A DNA stretch of 20,000 bases from the IMG/VR virus record IMGVR_UViG_3300020125_000260, one strand, 5' to 3'. Below are positions 14,643-20,000 of this stretch, in pieces. The position numbers and the translations under genes are program-made. This DNA is from an uncultured virus (IMG/VR IMGVR_UViG_3300020125_000260). Lineage: Duplodnaviria; Heunggongvirae; Uroviricota; Caudoviricetes. Each line of letters starts with the position of its first letter. The first letter of the stretch is position 1. The notes below the pieces were generated by a model, which saw only the letters and a program-made list of their open reading frames with translations, ran no database searches and was not told the origin of the DNA.

Positions 14643-15356
14643 ATGGCCTATGTACAGGTCAATCGCGCACAGTTCCGGGCTCTGGTTCGCAACCAGCTTG
14701 GCAGCGGGGGGCTGGCCACATCGTTCTGGCGCGACACCGAGTTGAACTTCATCATCCAGGAGTCCCTTCGCTTCTATAACCTCCTTGTCGGCTACTGGAA
14801 GACCCGCGCCACTATCGTCACTACCGCAGCAACCGTCTGGTACTCCACCCCCAGCATCATCACCTCCGCGATGCGGGTCAGCTTCAACGGTTCCCCCCTG
14901 CGTGGGGAATCGCTCTACAACATGGATTTCGCACGCAGCGGGTGGGAGAGTGAAACCACCACCGACGGCGGCGATGTCCCCACGCGACCGCGCTATTTCG
15001 TCATCGGCGGACTCGCCAAGGTGGGCATCTGGCCAGCGGATGCGGTGGGAGGTAACTCCCTCGTGCTGGATGGTATCGCGGTGACGCCGCTGCTGACGAA
15101 CGACGCTTCAATCATCGACGTGGGACAGGAGGACATGAACCACCTGCTAGACCTCTGCCAGCATCTCGCGGCGTTCAAAGAAGGCGGGATGGAGTTCAAG
15201 AACTCGATGGCGGGATTTAAGTCCTTCCTCGAAGGCGCGGGGGAGCGCAATGCAATTTTAAAGCGGTGCGCGACCTACAAAAAGTGGTTGGGTCTCGATA
15301 CTGGAAGGCAGAAGCGACCGCTGAAAGCCGAGGCTGATGCCGTGGGAGCACGCTGA
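14643..15356 (+). CDS. Head-tail adaptor/ring protein 2 (237 aa)
   Basis: 'RAQFRALVRNQL...FWRDTELNFIIQES', 'PRYFVIGG...VGIWP', 'HLLDLCQHLAAFKEG': adaptor (tail tubular A-type) pattern. Confidence 0.7.
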   Translation: MAYVQVNRAQFRALVRNQLGSGGLATSFWRDTELNFIIQESLRFYNLLVGYWKTRATIVTTAATVWYSTPSIITSAMRVSFNGSPLRGESLYNMDFARSGWESETTTDGGDVPTRPRYFVIGGLAKVGIWPADAVGGNSLVLDGIAVTPLLTNDASIIDVGQEDMNHLLDLCQHLAAFKEGGMEFKNSMAGFKSFLEGAGERNAILKRCATYKKWLGLDTGRQKRPLKAEADAVGAR

Positions 15357-16072
15357 TGGCATGGACTATATTAGATACGAAGCCATCGTGGAATGTTACT
15401 GATCTGGAGATATTGAAACGGATCACATATTATCTCTTGGAGAACGGCGACGCCGACGCGACCGGAACCACGCTGATGACCACGCAGTTCGGCATTCAAG
15501 AGATGCTGGATAATAGCAACCTGATTCAGCGGCGGTTCCTCCGTGACTGCGCTCCAGTGACGCTGCGTGCGACGCAAGGCTCCACTCCGGGGCAGAACCG
15601 CTATGCTCTCCCGCCTGACTGGATACACACTCGCAGGATGACATGGCAGGCGCAACCTGCTGGCTCCAAAGCCAAGACCCTGATCCCAACCGACAGCTAT
15701 TCCCTCGACCGGGGCGCGTCCGACTGGGAGCAGAACACCGGCACACCGCGATACTACAACGAAGGCTCCAACCTTCCCACGTTGGAGTTCGACCTCGCAC
15801 CCACGCCATCGCAGGCTGGCACGATGGGACTTGGCTATGTCCCGCAGCCGCCGACGCTGACTGGTGCAGGAGTGTCGCTGATGGTTCCCGACGAGGCTGA
15901 GTCCGCGATCATCTATGGCACGATAGGAGAGTTGTTAAGTTCAGAAGGGGAAGGATTTGACGCTGACCGCGCGGAGTACTGCGAGCAACGCTATTCCCTC
16001 TGCGTCGAGATGGCCAATGCGCTGATACTCGGGTCGCCCGATCCACCGCAGCAGCCGGGAGGTCAGCAGTAA
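15356..16072 (+). CDS. Head-tail adaptor/ring protein 3 (238 aa)
   Basis: TGATG coupling; 'GQNRYALPPDWI', 'GTPRYY', 'LAPTPSQAGT...YVPQPPTL', 'VPDEAESAIIYG'. Confidence 0.75.
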   Translation: MAWTILDTKPSWNVTDLEILKRITYYLLENGDADATGTTLMTTQFGIQEMLDNSNLIQRRFLRDCAPVTLRATQGSTPGQNRYALPPDWIHTRRMTWQAQPAGSKAKTLIPTDSYSLDRGASDWEQNTGTPRYYNEGSNLPTLEFDLAPTPSQAGTMGLGYVPQPPTLTGAGVSLMVPDEAESAIIYGTIGELLSSEGEGFDADRAEYCEQRYSLCVEMANALILGSPDPPQQPGGQQ

Positions 16073-18966
16073 TGGGCGATATCTATGAACATGATAATAA
16101 GAAGTTCAGTGATGCTGGACTCCAGTTGCGTGTGCCTCCAGATTTGGTTCCGTCGGGACAATTCTCAAAGCTGACCAATGCGATTCCAATTATTGAAGGT
16201 AGGTTAGAGGCCCGCGCTGCCCTTCGTTGGATCGTCAACGTCCCCAATGTGACCTCTCCCGGCAGTGGTCTGCACTCGTTGATGCGGCTGAATCAGTCCA
16301 ACGTCGCTGGCCTCTCCGACCGCATCGCCGGAATCGACACTACCGTCCAGACCTACACCCTACCCTCCGGTGCGACCCCCACCCAGCGCGATACCGTCCG
16401 CACGGGCGACCCGCTCTCCCTCGCCAGCTTCCACTACGCCAACGATGTCTCCGCCTGGGCCATCATTGCCGACCGCAATGGGATGAAGAAATACAAGGGC
16501 GACCCTTCAGGCGGGGTGTATTTCAACCTTGGCGGCCTCGGAACCAACCTCTTGAAGCTGCCCTGTGTGGCCACTGCTGGCGCAGCTGGCAACCTCAACA
16601 ACGGCGCTGGCCCCGGCTACGACTGGGTGGCCACCTATGTCAACACCCAGACCCTCACCGAGACCAATCCCACGCTGCCGAACTATACCGGCAGCATCAA
16701 CACTGCGGCGACTACGGTGGTGACCTCCCCCGATCCCGGATTCGGCGGTGCGGCTGGCACGGGTCTCGGAGTCGATGGCCAGGCGGTACTAGTTGGCAAC
16801 TCCGCAACCGAGTCTCGCCAGTCCGTGCTATTCACCACCATGGGAGCCCTCACCTCCCCATTCATCTACGCCCAGATGAACCTCAGTGTGAACTTCATCT
16901 CCACCGGCGGCAACCTCGGTGGCTGTGGCTACGGCGCGCTCTACATGTCGCTCGACGGGGGCACCACATGGAAGCTGCTGATCGATTCATCAGTGAGCCT
17001 CGACCACGGCGGCGCGGGAGCCAGCAGCCAGCTATTCGTCAACTTCCCTCCCAACCAGGACATGACCCGTGTCCAGTTCCGTGCCGTGGCCCTCGGGGTG
17101 GGAGACACCACCGTCCCGCAGAACGTCACCGCCCGGCGCATCCGCCAGCGCGGGGGCAACCTCAACCTATCGGGACTGCTAACCGGCGGTGGCGGCAACG
17201 CAACCATGACGCTGATCCTCGGCTCGTCCCTCGCGTCCACGGTAACCGCCGGGGCGACCGTCGTGACCCTCGCGCTGGTCAACCAGAAAGGCGTGGTCTG
17301 CGTCCCGGCACCGAGCGATCCACAATACGACGCGATTAACCTCTACCGCCGCGGTGGATCGGTCACCGCATCATGGGCCTTCGTCGGCCAGTTCACCGTG
17401 GCGTCGCTGGCCATCGGCGGCTGCGGCGTGGGAACGCTCCAGATCACCGATAACGTAGCCGATGCCAACCTCGGAGGGTTCGTAAACTTCGGCAACGACG
17501 CGCCGGCGGCGAGCGTCTACGTGCTGAACCGCCCACTGCCCTACGTATGGGGGCCAGCGTTCAATCCCTCGCGGCTGCTGGCCTGTGGGGACTGGGATCG
17601 TCCGGACGCGGTGTATTTCTCCAACCCGGGGAACGCCGACCAGTGGGGCGTAGGGCAGTGGGTGGACGTGTCATCTCCCACCGACCCGATGCAGAACGGC
17701 TGTGTGTTCAACACTCGTGTGTTCGCATTCTCCAAGGAGAAGATGTATGAGCTGATCCCATCGCTGATCGGCGGCACGACTATCACGCCATTCCAGACGC
17801 CCTGCTCGCGGGGGCTGATATCGCCGTGGGGCCTGATCTCCACCGCGAGGATGATCTACTTCGTAGCCAAGGATGGCATCTACTCTACCACCGGCGGGGA
17901 GGAGACCTCGCTCGTGGAGAACGACATCAAACCACTGTTCCCGACGCTGGACAATCCCCTCGGCCGCTCGGTCGAGGGCTATGACCCGGTGAATATGGAG
18001 CGCATCGAAGACATCCGCTTGCGATTCCACAATGACGAACTCTGGTTCATCTATCGCGGCACGAACGAGGGCCAGCTCAACACGCTGGTGTACGACCAGA
18101 ACAAGAAACGCTGGCGGGCAGCGAAGTATCCGGTGAATATCACCACGGTCTACTCCGAGGAGGCCGGGCCAGCCAGCTCCCTCCTGCTGGGTGATTCCAG
18201 CGGTAGTCTCTACTCCACGCAGTCGGGCACCGGCGACGTGTTGCAAGCCTCCACGCAGGACATCGCTGTGACTATCCGCACCGGGGCCTATGATCAAGGG
18301 TTGCCTCTGAACCAGAAGGAATACGGTAACGTTCTATTCGATATCGACCCTGGCGGAGCCACAATCGCCAAGCCCATCATAATCACTCCCTTGCTGAACG
18401 GCGAGGCAATCACCAGCGCGGCGATCACGGTCACCGGGACTGGACGCCAGCAGGTTCCGCTCACGCTGGGTGACGTGTTCGGGTTCAATATCGAATATCA
18501 AATCACCTTCGTGTGTAACTCGACTATTAACCCCGTGCTATACCAGTTCGACACCCTCTGGCGCACAGAACCAGCAGCGGTGACCCACTGGGAAGCGCGC
18601 GAGACCTCCCACGGTCAAATTGGCTGGCAGCATCTCCGCGACGCCAATATCGCCATCCGCAGCACCTCGGCGGTGGTGCTGACGCTGACCTTCGACAGCA
18701 CGGTGACACAGACCTACACGCTGCCGTCCACCGTCGGAGCGCGGCAGAAGCTCTATGTCCCGTTCCATGCGAACAAGTTCAAGCTGGTGCGCTACTCTCT
18801 GGACTCCAGCGACCCCACGCAGCCGTTTCGCCTCTACTCCAGCGATCTTGAAGTCCGCGTGAAACCCTGGGTGACACAGCTCGGCTACACCATTGTGAAG
18901 CCGGTCGGTGAGGAATCATCGCAGGCACCGGAAGCCCTCGCTAGTGAACTCTTGGGAGGTAAATAA
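16072..18966 (+). CDS. Tail nozzle (tail tubular B / P22 gp10-like beta-propeller) with a large insertion, 964 aa
   Basis: TAATG coupling; follows the adaptors. Propeller motifs 'PDAVYFSNPGNADQW', 'RGLISPWGL', 'IYFVAKDGIYSTTGG', 'TLVYDQNKKRW', 'IRTGAYDQG.PLNQKEY'. Confidence 0.75.
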   Translation: MGDIYEHDNKKFSDAGLQLRVPPDLVPSGQFSKLTNAIPIIEGRLEARAALRWIVNVPNVTSPGSGLHSLMRLNQSNVAGLSDRIAGIDTTVQTYTLPSGATPTQRDTVRTGDPLSLASFHYANDVSAWAIIADRNGMKKYKGDPSGGVYFNLGGLGTNLLKLPCVATAGAAGNLNNGAGPGYDWVATYVNTQTLTETNPTLPNYTGSINTAATTVVTSPDPGFGGAAGTGLGVDGQAVLVGNSATESRQSVLFTTMGALTSPFIYAQMNLSVNFISTGGNLGGCGYGALYMSLDGGTTWKLLIDSSVSLDHGGAGASSQLFVNFPPNQDMTRVQFRAVALGVGDTTVPQNVTARRIRQRGGNLNLSGLLTGGGGNATMTLILGSSLASTVTAGATVVTLALVNQKGVVCVPAPSDPQYDAINLYRRGGSVTASWAFVGQFTVASLAIGGCGVGTLQITDNVADANLGGFVNFGNDAPAASVYVLNRPLPYVWGPAFNPSRLLACGDWDRPDAVYFSNPGNADQWGVGQWVDVSSPTDPMQNGCVFNTRVFAFSKEKMYELIPSLIGGTTITPFQTPCSRGLISPWGLISTARMIYFVAKDGIYSTTGGEETSLVENDIKPLFPTLDNPLGRSVEGYDPVNMERIEDIRLRFHNDELWFIYRGTNEGQLNTLVYDQNKKRWRAAKYPVNITTVYSEEAGPASSLLLGDSSGSLYSTQSGTGDVLQASTQDIAVTIRTGAYDQGLPLNQKEYGNVLFDIDPGGATIAKPIIITPLLNGEAITSAAITVTGTGRQQVPLTLGDVFGFNIEYQITFVCNSTINPVLYQFDTLWRTEPAAVTHWEARETSHGQIGWQHLRDANIAIRSTSAVVLTLTFDSTVTQTYTLPSTVGARQKLYVPFHANKFKLVRYSLDSSDPTQPFRLYSSDLEVRVKPWVTQLGYTIVKPVGEESSQAPEALASELLGGK

Positions 18967-19502
18967 TGGGCGTCAATGTCCCTGATCTGACTGGCAACGG
19001 CCCGGATGCTGGTTCTCGTGGCGGCGTGACCGGTAGCAAGGCCATCACCGGTAGCACCTCCGTGGCAACGACAGCCTCAGTGCCGGGGTCACCGCAGAAA
19101 GTGCTCCAGACCCGCTGGCGACCGCCGTCACTGGTGGACTTCCACCAGCAGATCGCACGCAACCCGGCGCAGGCGTCGCGCGAGCTGGACAACGCGATCC
19201 AGCGGGCGTTCACCAATGACTCCCAGCTGGAGAACATGATCGCCTGCACGCAGTTTGGGCAGACGGTGGTCACGGGGAAGTCGCTAAGCATCCCCACGGG
19301 GTTGCTGACCGTGATGCAGGTGACCGTCTCCATCGACATGGGAGCGACTGCGCATAACTTCACCGCTAGCGGCGTGATCTCGCAGCAGCCAGGATGCATC
19401 GACATCTACGTCTGGCAGCCCACCGCCGCTGGGAACACAACTCCCATCGCCTGCACGACTACGGTCACGGTTAGATGGTCAGTCCGGGGGTCATTGTCAT
19501 GA
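18966..19502 (+). CDS. Putative tail-associated protein (178 aa): helical segment plus small C-terminal beta domain
   Basis: TAATG coupling and SD GGAGGT; located after the nozzle; 'ELDNAIQRAF' helix then 'IPTGL...IDIYVW...VRWSVRG'. Confidence 0.55.
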   Translation: MGVNVPDLTGNGPDAGSRGGVTGSKAITGSTSVATTASVPGSPQKVLQTRWRPPSLVDFHQQIARNPAQASRELDNAIQRAFTNDSQLENMIACTQFGQTVVTGKSLSIPTGLLTVMQVTVSIDMGATAHNFTASGVISQQPGCIDIYVWQPTAAGNTTPIACTTTVTVRWSVRGSLS

Positions 19503-19505
19503 TGC

Positions 19506-19535
19506 TTGCAGCACCCCTCGCCGCTGGGCTAAGGT
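19506..19535 (+). promoter_or_regulatory. Possible promoter (TTGCAG-18nt-TAAGGT) with leaderless geometry
   Basis: ATG 19543 lies 7 nt after the TAAGGT hexamer; the same bases could instead act as an SD (AAGGTG). Confidence 0.3.
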
Positions 19536-19542
19536 GTCTCGC

Positions 19543-20000
19543 ATGAGCACTCTCGCATCGCTGGTTGAACCAGTTGGGCCGGGAACACAGAAGAAACCCG
19601 CCGAACCCGACAAGACTCCACACATCGCCTACGACGACGATCACTACGTGGACGTGATCCCCTACAACGCCTACTTCGACGACCGCTGCCGCCACTGGCT
19701 GTTCTGGCTGTACGACAAGCTCCGCGAGGATGATCTCCTGCGGCTGTACTATCCGAATGTAGATGCGACGGACCGCAGCTACCCGATGTTCGTCAGGATG
19801 ATGTCGTCAGACACCACGCAGGTGTTGCTGGTGGTATTGAAGGACAAGCAGACGGATGAGGTAGCGGGGCTGGTGGGGATTGCGACTTGGGAGCGTATGC
19901 AGTTCGGCCCATCGACCCTCGGCCACGCTGGGTTTATCTTCCTGCGCGATTACTGGGATCATCGCACCTCGATGGCCGCTGGTCACCGCATCCTTGACTA
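19543..20000 (+). CDS. GNAT-fold acetyltransferase-like protein (3' truncated by window edge)
   Basis: Open frame MSTLASLVEPVG... runs to the window end; 'GLVGIATWERMQ....GHAGFIFLRDYWDHR' resembles the RimJ/RimL-type GNAT beta4/motif A; position after the nozzle matches GNAT-fold assembly genes of podoviruses. Confidence 0.6.
   Translation, partial: MSTLASLVEPVGPGTQKKPAEPDKTPHIAYDDDHYVDVIPYNAYFDDRCRHWLFWLYDKLREDDLLRLYYPNVDATDRSYPMFVRMMSSDTTQVLLVVLKDKQTDEVAGLVGIATWERMQFGPSTLGHAGFIFLRDYWDHRTSMAAGHRILD

Noticed and set aside
1978..18768. Other long antisense or alternate-frame ORFs (e.g. 1978..2685, 3271..3882, 9103..9930, 11953..12603, 16227..17339)
   Set aside because: They overlap well-supported structural genes; their Arg/Pro-rich or mirror-image compositions are typical of off-frame translation.
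1..20000. CRISPR array, tRNA/rRNA, integrase/att site, transposase, diversity-generating retroelement, prohead protease
   Set aside because: No repeat-spacer periodicity, cloverleaf, recombinase/RT/protease motifs or near-identical TR/VR pair was seen by eye; subtle cases would need tRNAscan, Infernal or a self dot-plot.

Overview
The window is the virion-morphogenesis module of a GC-rich tailed dsDNA phage or prophage, almost entirely on the + strand with tightly coupled genes (ATGA/TGATG/GTGA overlaps). Gene order: terminase large subunit C-terminus, six small ORFs (including a tandem ribbon-helix-helix protein and a zinc-ribbon protein), P22/SU10-like portal, a duplicated two-gene cassette of small beta-rich proteins (candidate head-spike base plus fibre pairs), small Lys/Gly-rich basic proteins, scaffold, major capsid protein, decoration proteins, adaptor 1, dTDP-glucose 4,6-dehydratase (rmlB), tail fibre, an accessory/membrane cluster, adaptors 2 and 3, a 964-aa nozzle, a small beta-protein and a truncated GNAT-fold protein. 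No tape measure, tail tube or sheath gene is visible, which fits a podovirus-like short tail. The most unusual observations are: adaptor 1 appears to start at a non-canonical ATC codon (or arise by TGA readthrough); two paralogous candidate head-spike cassettes; three adaptor-ring paralogues; an intact-looking RmlB inside the structural operon; and a lone antisense gene for a small secreted Pro/Thr-rich, two-Cys peptide behind a perfect -10 box. All family assignments come from motif recognition and gene order, not database searches.
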